Below, one piece after another: positions 9,924-19,034 of a stretch of DNA of 64,000 nt; position 1 is the stretch's first letter; the number at the start of each line of letters is the position of its first letter. The stretch lies in the NCBI GenBank assembly GCA_965248575.1, contig CBDFJQ010000002.1:800001-864000 (forward strand). The letters are read 5' to 3'. The stretch is from Planctomycetota bacterium. Its GTDB lineage: Bacteria; Planctomycetota; B15-G4. The notes beneath the pieces are model-generated. The model was not told where the DNA came from and did no database searches. It saw only the letters and a program-made list of their open reading frames with translations. Both the position numbers and the translations under genes were made by a program.

Positions 9924-12670
9924 CGACGCACGCGATCGGCAGCTCGGGCGGGGGCGAGGCTCCCTCGGTCTGCTTGGATGGTGTTCAGGTCTCGTTCACT
10001 CCGGGTGAGACGATCCTGGAGGTCTCTCGCCGGCACGGCCGGGCCCTGGGCGGCGCTGGCTGCTCGATCCCGACGCTCTGCTACGACGAGCGGCTGGATC
10101 CTTTCGGTGGCTGCCGCATGTGCGTGGTGGACATCGAGGGTGTGCGCAACCCCGTGGCCTCGTGCGCGCGCGCAGCGGAAGACGGCATGGTGGTGTCGAC
10201 CCAGAGCGACTCGGTCGAGAAGCACCGCAAGACCCTGCTCGAGATGCTGGTCTCTGAGAATCGCGCCGTGGATGTGGATCCGCTGGCCGGTCTTGCTTCC
10301 CAGGAAATGACCCAGCTCGTGGATCGCTACGAGGCCCGGACCGGGCGCTTCGAAGGCAAGCAGTCAGGCACGAGCCGTGAGGATGACGACAACCCGTTCA
10401 TCCTGCGTGACTACGACCAGTGCATCTCTTGCTACCGCTGCGTTCGTGTCTGCGCGGAGCAGGAGGGCGACTACGCCATCAGCGTGGCGAACCGCGGCTT
10501 CGAGACGCAGATCACGACGGAGTTTGGCGGCATCCTGAAGGAATCGGCGTGCACCTTCTGTGGCCAGTGTGTCCAGACGTGCCCCACAGGCGCCCTGGCG
10601 GATCGCAAGGCCTTGCGCCATGTCGACACGCCGGGTGAGCTGGAGAAGACGCGCACCATCTGCACCTATTGCGGTGTGGGGTGCTCCATCGATGCCCTGA
10701 CCAAGGGAGATCTGCTCGTAGGCGTGCAACCAGCCATGGACGGGCCGGCAAACCATGGCGCGCTCTGCATCAAGGGTCAGTTCGCCTATGACTTCGTGCA
10801 GCACGACGATCGCCTGAAGACTCCACTGGTCCGGGGAGCCGACGGAGAGCTGCACGAGGCGACCTGGGAAGTCGCGCTCGACAAGGCGGCCCAGGGCTTC
10901 ATGGACGCGAAGGACAAGTACGGGCGACACAGCGTCTACGCCATCGCATCGGGCCGGGCTCCTCACGAGGCCAGCTACACGACCCAGAAGTTCATTCGAG
11001 CTGGGTTCTGGTCGAATCACGTCGACAACTGTTCTCGAGCCTGACACGCTCCAACGGTCGCCGGGCTGGCGGCCACCATCGGGCGCGGTGCCATGTCGAA
11101 CCCCCTGGAGGACATGTCCAAACCGGACGTGATCTTCTGTATCGGGACAAACATGACGGAGTGCCACCCCGTGGCGGCGACGGGCCTGAAGAAGGCCGTG
11201 GCGCAGGGGGCCAAGCTGATCGTCGCGGACCCGCGGCTGATCCCCCTAGCCGAGTTGGCGGACCTCTACCTGCCCCTGCGCGTCGGGACGGACGTGGCAC
11301 TGCTGTTGGGCATGGCGCACGTCATTGCTCGCGAGGGTCTCGTGGACCAGGAGTTCTTGGCAGCGCGCACGATGGGCGTCGAGTCCTTCTTGGAGCACCT
11401 CAAGCCTTTCACGCCCGAATGGTCGTCCGGCATCACGGGCGTTCCCGCCGCGGACATCGAGCGGGCAGGCGTGTGGTTCGGCAAGGCGGACCGCGGAGCG
11501 ATCTACTACACCTTGGGCATCACCGAGCACATCTGCGGGGTGGACAACGTGCAGAGCCTGTCGAACCTCGCCCTCATGACTGGCAACATCGGGCGCGAGG
11601 GCACGGGCATCAACCCGATGCGCGGCCAAAACAACATTCAAGGCGCGGGTGATGCTGGCGCCCTGCCCAACAACTACCCCGGCTTCCAGGCCGTCACGGA
11701 CCCTGCAAACCAAGCCAAGTTCGAAGCCCTCTACGGCCACGCTGTGGATCTTGAGAAGGGCATGACGAAGGTCACGGCCCTCGAGCTGTGTGGGGACGGC
11801 ATCCACGCCATGCTCATCGACGGCGAGAACACCTTGGTGACGGACCCGGATCGGAGGCACTGCGAACACGCGTTGCGCAGCCTGGATCACCTGGTGGTCA
11901 TCGACCTGTTCCTGACGGAGACTGCAGCGCTCGCGGACATCGTCTTTCCTGCGACAGCGTGGGCTGAGACGGACGGCGTCTGCACGAACACAGAACGGCG
12001 TGTGCAGCGCTTGAGGGCCGCAGTTCCTGCCATCGGCGAAGCACGCCCCGACTGGTGGATCGTCAGCCAGATCGCCAAGCGTTGCGGGCTGTCGGGGTTC
12101 GAGTTCGAGTCCGCTGAGGATGTGTTCAACGAGTTGTGCAGCTTGTCGCCCATCTACACGGGCATCGACTGGGACATGATCTCCGCAGGTGAGTATCAGT
12201 GGCCGGTGCCGCACAAGGGGCATCCTGGGACACCCATCCTGCACCAGGGGGAGTTCCCCAACGGACGGGGCGTGTTCAAGTTGTTGGAATACCGCGACCC
12301 GGCGGAAACCGTGAGCGAGGAGTATCCCGTCTGGCTCACGACTGGGCGGCGCCTCCAGTCGTATCACTCGCGCACGCAAACAGGTCGCTCGCACGGCATG
12401 GATTACCTGCTGCCGGAAGAGACCTTGGAGGTACACCCGGATGACGTCGCAGCGTGGGGGCTCTCCGACGGTGGGCGGTGCCTCATGTCGAGCCCGCGCG
12501 GTGAGGTCGAGATCAAGGTTGCATCCACGAATCGCTCGCCGCGCGGCACGGTGTTCACGAGTTTCTCGTTCAATGACACTCCTGTGAATTTCCTAACGGG
12601 TTCCGGCTACGACCCTGTGACGCAGACTGCTGAACTGAAAGTCTGCCCCGTGCACCTGAAGCCCTTGTAG
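9920..12670 (+). CDS. fdhF: Formate dehydrogenase alpha subunit (Mo/W-bisPGD), selenocysteine-containing, 916 aa
   Basis: ORFs 9920..11044 and 11093..12670 share a frame and are joined by TGA 11042-11044 in DNCSRA-U-HAPTVAGL, the FdhF active-site position. Also [2Fe-2S] and 2x[4Fe-4S] motifs, CTYCGVGC, PMRGQNNIQGAGD, TNTERRVQ. Confidence 0.93.
11056..11074 (+). promoter_or_regulatory. Bacterial SECIS element (selenocysteine insertion hairpin)
   Basis: GGTCGCC-GGGCT-GGCGGCC: 7-bp stem (one G-U pair) with a G-rich loop, beginning 11 nt after the TGA, the same geometry as the E. coli fdhF SECIS. Confidence 0.8.
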
Positions 12671-12698
12671 GCGAGTGTTCCGGATGACGAAGAGTCGA

Positions 12699-14426
12699 AT
12701 GACGAAGCGATGGGTCGGCCCGTTCGAAGGGCTCGCTGGCTGCGTTGGGGGCGCCCTGTTGATCGCTTCCTGCACCACGATCCAAGAGCTGCCCGGTCAG
12801 GCACCGCCATCGGAACTGGCGGCCTCTGCAAGTGCTCCGCTCAAGACTGCAAGAGGCTCCAAGCCGAAGTTGGTGGTCCTGGTCCATGTCGACTCGTTTC
12901 GCGCCGACTACCTGACCCGATTCGAACCCTTGCTGGGCGATGGGGGCCTCAAGCGCCTGATGCGCGAAGGCAGTTTCGTTCGAGAGGCCCGCGTGAGCCA
13001 CACAGTGAGCCTGCCAGCTCCGGGCGTGGCCAGCGTGACTACGGGGGTCTTGCCCGGGCGAGCCGGGATCCCCAGCAGCCGCTGGTTCGATCGGACGCGT
13101 CGCAAGAGCCTGGGTGCCGTGGATGACGAGCGCTCTTTCACCCGCGGCAGTGACCCGGAGATCCTCAAGAGCGAGTACTCCCCGCGTGCGCTGGAGAGGC
13201 CCACCCTTGGAGGCCTCATGAAGCAGCAGTTCGGCCCGACCGCCCTGGTTGCCAGCATCTCCTGGTACGCCGAGACCGCTCTCCTGCTGGGCGGGCGCGA
13301 GAGCGACGCCTCCCTGTGGCTGGACCCTGAGACTGGAACATGGGTGACCAGCAGCCAGGTCATGAACGCCTTGCCGGACTTTGCGCTGGACGAAAACAGA
13401 GCCGGGGCGCTGCACAAATATCGGGGCGAAACCTGGGAGCGGAGCTTCAGCGATGAGGTGGGGAGGCGATACGCCTCTGCCGACGACGACCCCGACGAGC
13501 CGCCGTTCGCCGGGATGCCCCACTTCCCCTACGAGATTCCGGTCTACGTCATGGTCCGCAACAAGGTTCGCAAGGTGGCGGATGCGACGCCTTTCAACGA
13601 CCTCACCGTGATGGATCTCGTGAAGCGCGCCGTGCCGGGCATGGGCTTGGGAGCGGATGAGACACCCGACCTCCTGTGCATCGACTTCAGCGCTCTGGGC
13701 GATGCGGGCCAGGACTACGGCCCGGACAGCCAGGAGGTCATGGACGTGTTCTTGCGGCTCGACCGTCGGGTCGCGGAGCTGCTGAGCCTGCTCGATGAGG
13801 AGCTGGGTCGAGGTGATTGGGCGCTCGCGCTGACGTCGACCCAGGGCATCGCCCGACTGCCTGAGAAGACGGGGGGACAGCGGCTTCGTTCGCACGATAT
13901 CCAGGTTCCCGTCGAGCTCGGGCTGCGCCAGGCCTACCCCCAGCACGTGGTGCGCAGCAGCGCGTCGTGGAGCGTCGGACTGGGAGGGCCCTGGCTCTTC
14001 CTCTCGCACTCCGTGGCAGCCGAAGCCGGGGTTGAACTCGCTGAGCTCAGGGCGCGCGCCGCAGAGATCGCCGCAGAGATTCCGGGCATCGAGTCAGCCT
14101 GGACGCCGGAGCAGCTGCTTGAGGCCAACGACCCCCAGCTTCGACGCTGGGCTGCGGACCTGCATCCGGAGCGTTCGGGCGATGTGCTGCTTCTGATGGA
14201 AGCCGGATGCGTGCTCAATGCGGGAGTGGGGACCGCGGCGGGCAGCCATCACGAGAGTGACCGGCTCGTGCCCCTGTTCCTGATGGGCCCCGGCATCCGC
14301 GCAGGGCACGAAGCTGCGCGCGGCGAGCCTCTGGATGTTCTTCCCACTCTGGCCGGCAGCTTGGGCCTGGCGCTTCCGGATGATCTGGATGGTCGCGCGC
14401 TGCCTGGCGCGTTGGTCGACGACTGA
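12699..14426 (+). CDS. Alkaline phosphatase family (PafA/PhoK-like) lipoprotein, probably catalytically degenerate
   Basis: LIASC lipobox; PKLVVLVHVDSFRADYL, GGLKRLMREG, GADETPDLL, YGPDSQE, RSGDV, VPLFLMGPGI. Start uncertain (12675, 12684 or 12699). Confidence 0.8.
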   Translation: MTKRWVGPFEGLAGCVGGALLIASCTTIQELPGQAPPSELAASASAPLKTARGSKPKLVVLVHVDSFRADYLTRFEPLLGDGGLKRLMREGSFVREARVSHTVSLPAPGVASVTTGVLPGRAGIPSSRWFDRTRRKSLGAVDDERSFTRGSDPEILKSEYSPRALERPTLGGLMKQQFGPTALVASISWYAETALLLGGRESDASLWLDPETGTWVTSSQVMNALPDFALDENRAGALHKYRGETWERSFSDEVGRRYASADDDPDEPPFAGMPHFPYEIPVYVMVRNKVRKVADATPFNDLTVMDLVKRAVPGMGLGADETPDLLCIDFSALGDAGQDYGPDSQEVMDVFLRLDRRVAELLSLLDEELGRGDWALALTSTQGIARLPEKTGGQRLRSHDIQVPVELGLRQAYPQHVVRSSASWSVGLGGPWLFLSHSVAAEAGVELAELRARAAEIAAEIPGIESAWTPEQLLEANDPQLRRWAADLHPERSGDVLLLMEAGCVLNAGVGTAAGSHHESDRLVPLFLMGPGIRAGHEAARGEPLDVLPTLAGSLGLALPDDLDGRALPGALVDD

Positions 14427-14509
14427 CCCTCGGTTGAGGGCCAGCCGCCGACAAATCCCCTACCGGTGTCGTGGCTCCTGATCAGGACCACGACGCCCGG
14501 GTGAACGGA

Positions 14510-16600
14510 TCAGGGAGTGATGGTCTTGACCGCGTTGGTGGCGGCGTAACCTTCGGGTGCACCGACATCTTCCACCCAGTACTGCCAGAAGAACTCGGTG
14601 CCCGGGGGCAGACCAGCGGGCCAGCTCGTGCCCAGGGACAACTCACCGCTCGCGTTGGTGCCGAAGAGGCGCAACACGTTGATGCTTGGGATCAACGTAC
14701 CGCCGAACAACGGCTGCGGAGCAAGGGAGGTGCCGATGAACACGCCACCGAAGGCGCTCGGAGCCGCGTTGCTGACATCGAGGGTGGCGGGGGAGCCAGC
14801 CGTCAGGTCACCACCGATACGCAACACCGGGATACCCGCAGCACCGGCGAGGCCGTTGCCGAGCAGGTGGTAGAGCGCGTCGGGTTCGCGGGTCTCGAAG
14901 AACGTCATCATCCCGTGAGCACTGTGCTCGAGGATGTGGCAGTGAGCCAACCAGCCACCGGAGGTGTCGTCCTCGGGGTAGAGCCCCTCGGCCGTCACCT
15001 CACCAACGCGACCGGCGTCCGTGAACGTGGCGTAGGCGCGCAGGGTGGTGTTGCTCGAGAAGGGCATCGGGTCCGTGCGACCAGGCACGCGGAAGGTGTC
15101 CTTGTTCTCGATGTAGGGGATGGGGTCGACGTGGTTCTGGAGCGGGTCCGACACGTGGGTGTACTCGATCTCGAACGGCTGGAAGGTCCAACCGTGCGTG
15201 TGGAACGGGTGATCCATGTGCGTGAGGTTCTTGACCTCCCAGAGGTACGTCGAACCGATCTCAACGTCGTAGGCTTCCAGCGGCGTCATGAGCGGCATCG
15301 GCTTCGGCATACCGTTGACCATCTGGACGAACAGCTTGACGTCACCCGAGGCGGGCAACGGCGGGAGCTGGTGGCCCATGATGATGTTCAAGGTGCCGAC
15401 GACTTCGTTGGGGTCGATCGGAGTGATCGTCCGCAAGTTTGCCGGGGGGATGTACGGCGTCGCGGGGGGGCCACTGACGAGCATGCGCAGGATGTCCACC
15501 GCTGCCCCGTTGCCATCCGTGACGTCATCTCCCAACACGAAGGTGCCAGACATGTCAGGGTTCGGGATCACGGCGTGTGCGCCGCGGTTCCAGTCGTGGG
15601 AACGAAGAGCGATGGTCCCGCCATCGAAGCCGTCGGGCGTGAACACCACGTCGGCGCGTTCGCCAGGCGTGACGAAGATGCCCAGCTCCGGATCGGCGTT
15701 GCTGAAGTGATCAGCGCCGCCATTGTTGCCGTCGGACCCAGGTCCCTGGACCGGCGGCACAATGATGATGTCAATGGGATCCTTGAGCAGCGGCGCCTCG
15801 AGCAGCCCGCCGTCACCGCCGATGCGGTAGACCTGCTGCACGTTGCCACCGTCGGGCGTCTCCCAGGACAAGCGGAAGAACTTGGTGTTGGCGACGTTGA
15901 CGATACGCCAACGCTCCGGGACACCGTTCGTCACGGGCAGCACGGCGCCGATCTTGCCGTTGATCATCAGGTGGTTGCCTTCGCGACCGTTGAGCGTCTG
16001 CTCGATCTTCTCGAGCGGGTCCGCGGGGTCGTGCGTCTCGATCTGGTTGCCAGCATCCAGCAGGATGTCGTCGACCATCAAGATGCGCTCGTTGGCAGGC
16101 AGGCCCAGGCCAGCTTCACCGACGGGGTCGCGCACCAGCAGCGCACCGTAGAGCCCGGACTCAACCTTCTCGTGGGTCCGAACGTGGGGGTGGTACCAGA
16201 AGAGCGACGCGGTCAGCAGGTCGAACTCGTAGTCAAAGGTGCCGCCCGGGGGAATGGGCTTCTGGGCGATGTGGCTGCCGTCCATCTGGGCGGGCGTTTC
16301 GACGCCGTGCCAGTGCACCGTCGTGCTGATGGAGAGGTTGTTCGTGAAGTGCACGATCAGCGTGTCACCCACGTTCGCCTCGATGGTCGGGCCGGGGACG
16401 GTGCCGTTGTAGGCGGACACCGCGGTCGTGGCACCAGGCAAATACTGCTTCGTGGTGTCAGAGGCCTCGAGGAAGATCTCGACGATGGTCGGGTCGGGAT
16501 TCACGTCAACTGCGACAGGCGGCTCGACGAACTGGCCCATGGCGGAGGAGCCAAGGAGGCCGAGGCCGAGCAGGCCCGCAAAGAAGGGGAACGTACGCAT
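14510..16600 (-). CDS. Secreted multicopper oxidase with an extra C-terminal domain (paralog 1)
   Basis: Signal peptide MRTFPFFAGLLGLGLLGSSAMG. All four Cu-binding motifs: HWHG, WYHPH, HPFHTHG, HCHILEHSAHGMM. Confidence 0.92.
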   Translation of the reverse strand: MRTFPFFAGLLGLGLLGSSAMGQFVEPPVAVDVNPDPTIVEIFLEASDTTKQYLPGATTAVSAYNGTVPGPTIEANVGDTLIVHFTNNLSISTTVHWHGVETPAQMDGSHIAQKPIPPGGTFDYEFDLLTASLFWYHPHVRTHEKVESGLYGALLVRDPVGEAGLGLPANERILMVDDILLDAGNQIETHDPADPLEKIEQTLNGREGNHLMINGKIGAVLPVTNGVPERWRIVNVANTKFFRLSWETPDGGNVQQVYRIGGDGGLLEAPLLKDPIDIIIVPPVQGPGSDGNNGGADHFSNADPELGIFVTPGERADVVFTPDGFDGGTIALRSHDWNRGAHAVIPNPDMSGTFVLGDDVTDGNGAAVDILRMLVSGPPATPYIPPANLRTITPIDPNEVVGTLNIIMGHQLPPLPASGDVKLFVQMVNGMPKPMPLMTPLEAYDVEIGSTYLWEVKNLTHMDHPFHTHGWTFQPFEIEYTHVSDPLQNHVDPIPYIENKDTFRVPGRTDPMPFSSNTTLRAYATFTDAGRVGEVTAEGLYPEDDTSGGWLAHCHILEHSAHGMMTFFETREPDALYHLLGNGLAGAAGIPVLRIGGDLTAGSPATLDVSNAAPSAFGGVFIGTSLAPQPLFGGTLIPSINVLRLFGTNASGELSLGTSWPAGLPPGTEFFWQYWVEDVGAPEGYAATNAVKTITP

Positions 16601-16826
16601 GGTAGGAGCTATGCCCAATGGGTCATCAGAAACGATCAGGAACGGAACGAAGAGCGCCTTTGGCTGCCCCCAAAGGCGGTGCCGAGACAAAGGATCGGCA
16701 GAACGCTGTTTTTCGGAATAGAAAATCTACATGGATATGTCGCGTCGTGTGGAGCCTTTTTGGGTACCCAGGAGCGAATTCGGGGTGAGGACCGCATCTG
16801 AGAGGCCTTCTTGGCCGCGCCGCCGG

Positions 16827-18893
16827 CTAGGGCGTGATCGATTTGACCGCATTGGAGGCCGAATAGCCCTCCGGTGCTCCCACATCCTCCACCCAAGCCT
16901 GCCAGAAGAATTCGGTCCCCAGGGGCAGTCCAACGGGCCAGGCGGCCACGAGGTCGAGTTCACCGTTGCCATCGGTGCCAAAGAGCTTCAGCACATCGAA
17001 ACTGGGGACCAGGGTTCCGCCGAACAGGGGCTGGGGGGCGAGGCTCGTACCGACGAAGACGCCGACGAAGGCGTTCGGGGCCGCCTCCCGCACGGTCAGG
17101 GTGGTGGGGTCGCTGCTCAGCAGGCTGCCACTGAGGCGCAACTCTGGGATCCCCGAGGCCCCAGCCAAGCCCGTTCCCAGCAGATGAAAGCGCTGGTTGG
17201 GGTAGCGGGTCTCGAAGAAGGTCATCATGCCGTTCTTGCTGTGCTCGAGAATGTGACAGTGAGCCAGCCAGCCGCCAGAGGTGTCGTCCCCGGGGTAGAG
17301 GCCTTCAGCTCGGACCTCGCCCTCCCGGCCGTCGTCATTGAAGGTGGCGAGGGCGCGCAGGGTGGTGTTGCTCGAGAAAGGCACCGGATCCCGGCGTCCG
17401 GGCACCCGGAAGGTGTCCTTGTTCTCGAGGTAGCCAATCTCCTCAACGTAGTTGAGGGTTGGGTCCACCACGTGGGTGTACTCGATCTCGTAGGGCTGGA
17501 AGGTCCACCCGTGGGTGTGGAAGGGGTGATCCATGTGGGTAAGGTTCTTCACCTCCCAGCGATAGGTTTTGCCCACTTCCAGGTCGAGGGCGTCCAAGCT
17601 GCCAATCAGCGGCATCGGAGCTGGGCTGCCGTTGATCATCTGGATGAACAGCTTCACGTCACCCGTTGGCGGCAGGGGCGGCAGCTGGTGACCCATGACC
17701 AGCTGCAGGGTCCCGGCAACGTCGTTCGGGTCGATGGCAGGGATGGTCCGAAGGTTGGCCGGCGGAATGTACGGCGTGCCCTGGGGGCCCTGGGGAACGA
17801 TGCGGAACAAGAGGTCCGGAAGAGCGTTGCCGTCCGTGACGTCATCGCCCAGCACGATCGTGCCCGACATGTCCGGGTTGTACATGACCGTGTGTGCGCC
17901 GCGATTCCAGTCGTGTGACTGCACCACGAGGTTGGTAGCGATGCCATCCGGGGTCCAGACCATGTCGGCGCGCTCACCCGGGGTGAGGAACAGGCCTTGG
18001 TCCGGGTCGGCACTGCTCATGTGGTCGGGGCCCGGGCTCGGACCTGGGAAGATGACGTCGATGGGTTCCTTCAGTTGCGGGTTCTCGAGCAGACCGCCGT
18101 CACCACCAATGCGATAGACCTGCTGAATCGAGCCGGCGCCCTCAAAAGGAGTCTCGAAGGACACGCGGAAGAAGCGCACGTTGGCCACGTTGACGATGCG
18201 CCAACGCTCCGGCGTGCCGTTGACCACCGGGAAGGACATGGGGGCGACCTTGCCGTTGACGAGCACATGCGTGCCGGTGCGCCCGTTTAGGGTCTCGTCC
18301 ACCTTCTGGATCGGATCCACGGGGTCGTGGGTCTCGATCTGGTTGTTTCCGTCGAGCTTGATGTCGTCGAGGATGACCAGGCGTTCGAGGGTCGGCAGGC
18401 CCAGGCCGGCTTCGCCGACCGGGTCACGTACGAGGATTGCGCCGTAGAGTCCCTTCTCCACCATCTCGTCCGTGCGGATGTGGGGGTGGTACCAGAAGAG
18501 CGACGCCGTGAGCAGGTCAAACTCGTAGTCGAAGGTGCCGCCCGGAGGGATCGCCTTCTGTGCAATGTGACTGCCATCCATGTCAGCCGGCGTTTCGATG
18601 CCGTGCCAATGGATGGTCGTGTCCGTGTTCAGGTTGTTGGTGAAGTGAACGATGAGCGTGTCGCCCACGTTGGCTTCGATGGTCGGGCCGGGGATCGTCC
18701 CGTTGTACGCAGCCACGGCTGTCGCCGCACCGGGCAGATACTGCTTCGTCGTCTCGGACGCCTCAAGGAACACCTCGACGATCTGAGGGTCGGGGTTCAC
18801 ATCCGTAGCCAGGGGTGGCGACACGAACTGCGCACTTGCGGCGGTGCCAACGGCTGAGAACAAAAGCAGCAAGGGAAGGGTGTAGGCGCGCAT
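16827..18893 (-). CDS. Secreted multicopper oxidase with an extra C-terminal domain (paralog 2)
   Basis: Signal peptide MRAYTLPLLLLFSAVGTAASA. HWHG, WYHPH, HPFHTHG, HCHILEHSKNGMM. Collinear with paralog 1. Confidence 0.92.
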   Translation of the reverse strand: MRAYTLPLLLLFSAVGTAASAQFVSPPLATDVNPDPQIVEVFLEASETTKQYLPGAATAVAAYNGTIPGPTIEANVGDTLIVHFTNNLNTDTTIHWHGIETPADMDGSHIAQKAIPPGGTFDYEFDLLTASLFWYHPHIRTDEMVEKGLYGAILVRDPVGEAGLGLPTLERLVILDDIKLDGNNQIETHDPVDPIQKVDETLNGRTGTHVLVNGKVAPMSFPVVNGTPERWRIVNVANVRFFRVSFETPFEGAGSIQQVYRIGGDGGLLENPQLKEPIDVIFPGPSPGPDHMSSADPDQGLFLTPGERADMVWTPDGIATNLVVQSHDWNRGAHTVMYNPDMSGTIVLGDDVTDGNALPDLLFRIVPQGPQGTPYIPPANLRTIPAIDPNDVAGTLQLVMGHQLPPLPPTGDVKLFIQMINGSPAPMPLIGSLDALDLEVGKTYRWEVKNLTHMDHPFHTHGWTFQPYEIEYTHVVDPTLNYVEEIGYLENKDTFRVPGRRDPVPFSSNTTLRALATFNDDGREGEVRAEGLYPGDDTSGGWLAHCHILEHSKNGMMTFFETRYPNQRFHLLGTGLAGASGIPELRLSGSLLSSDPTTLTVREAAPNAFVGVFVGTSLAPQPLFGGTLVPSFDVLKLFGTDGNGELDLVAAWPVGLPLGTEFFWQAWVEDVGAPEGYSASNAVKSITP

Positions 18894-19034
18894 GGCCAGG
18901 GCTCCAGAGAGGCTCGAATAGCAGTCGCAGATTAACACGCCCTGCCGATCCGAGTGGCGCGCTGAGGTGCGCATCCACCCGGGTGCGCAGTGTGTAGGCG
19001 GGGCGTGCGAGAGTGCGAGTCGCACGTGCCGGGT

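Noticed and set aside
8160..11044. Respiratory complex I (nuoEFG) or hydrogenase diaphorase
   Set aside because: No membrane nuo subunits or hydrogenase motifs; the downstream domain has intact FDH active-site motifs.
11093..12670. Separate 525-aa molybdopterin protein, or an FDH pseudogene
   Set aside because: In frame with the upstream ORF; the TGA is at the Sec position and has a SECIS hairpin.
14471..17918. Long plus-strand ORFs (776 aa at 14471..16801, 395 aa at 16731..17918)
   Set aside because: Antisense shadows of the multicopper oxidase genes, expected from high-GC codon bias; no recognisable motifs.
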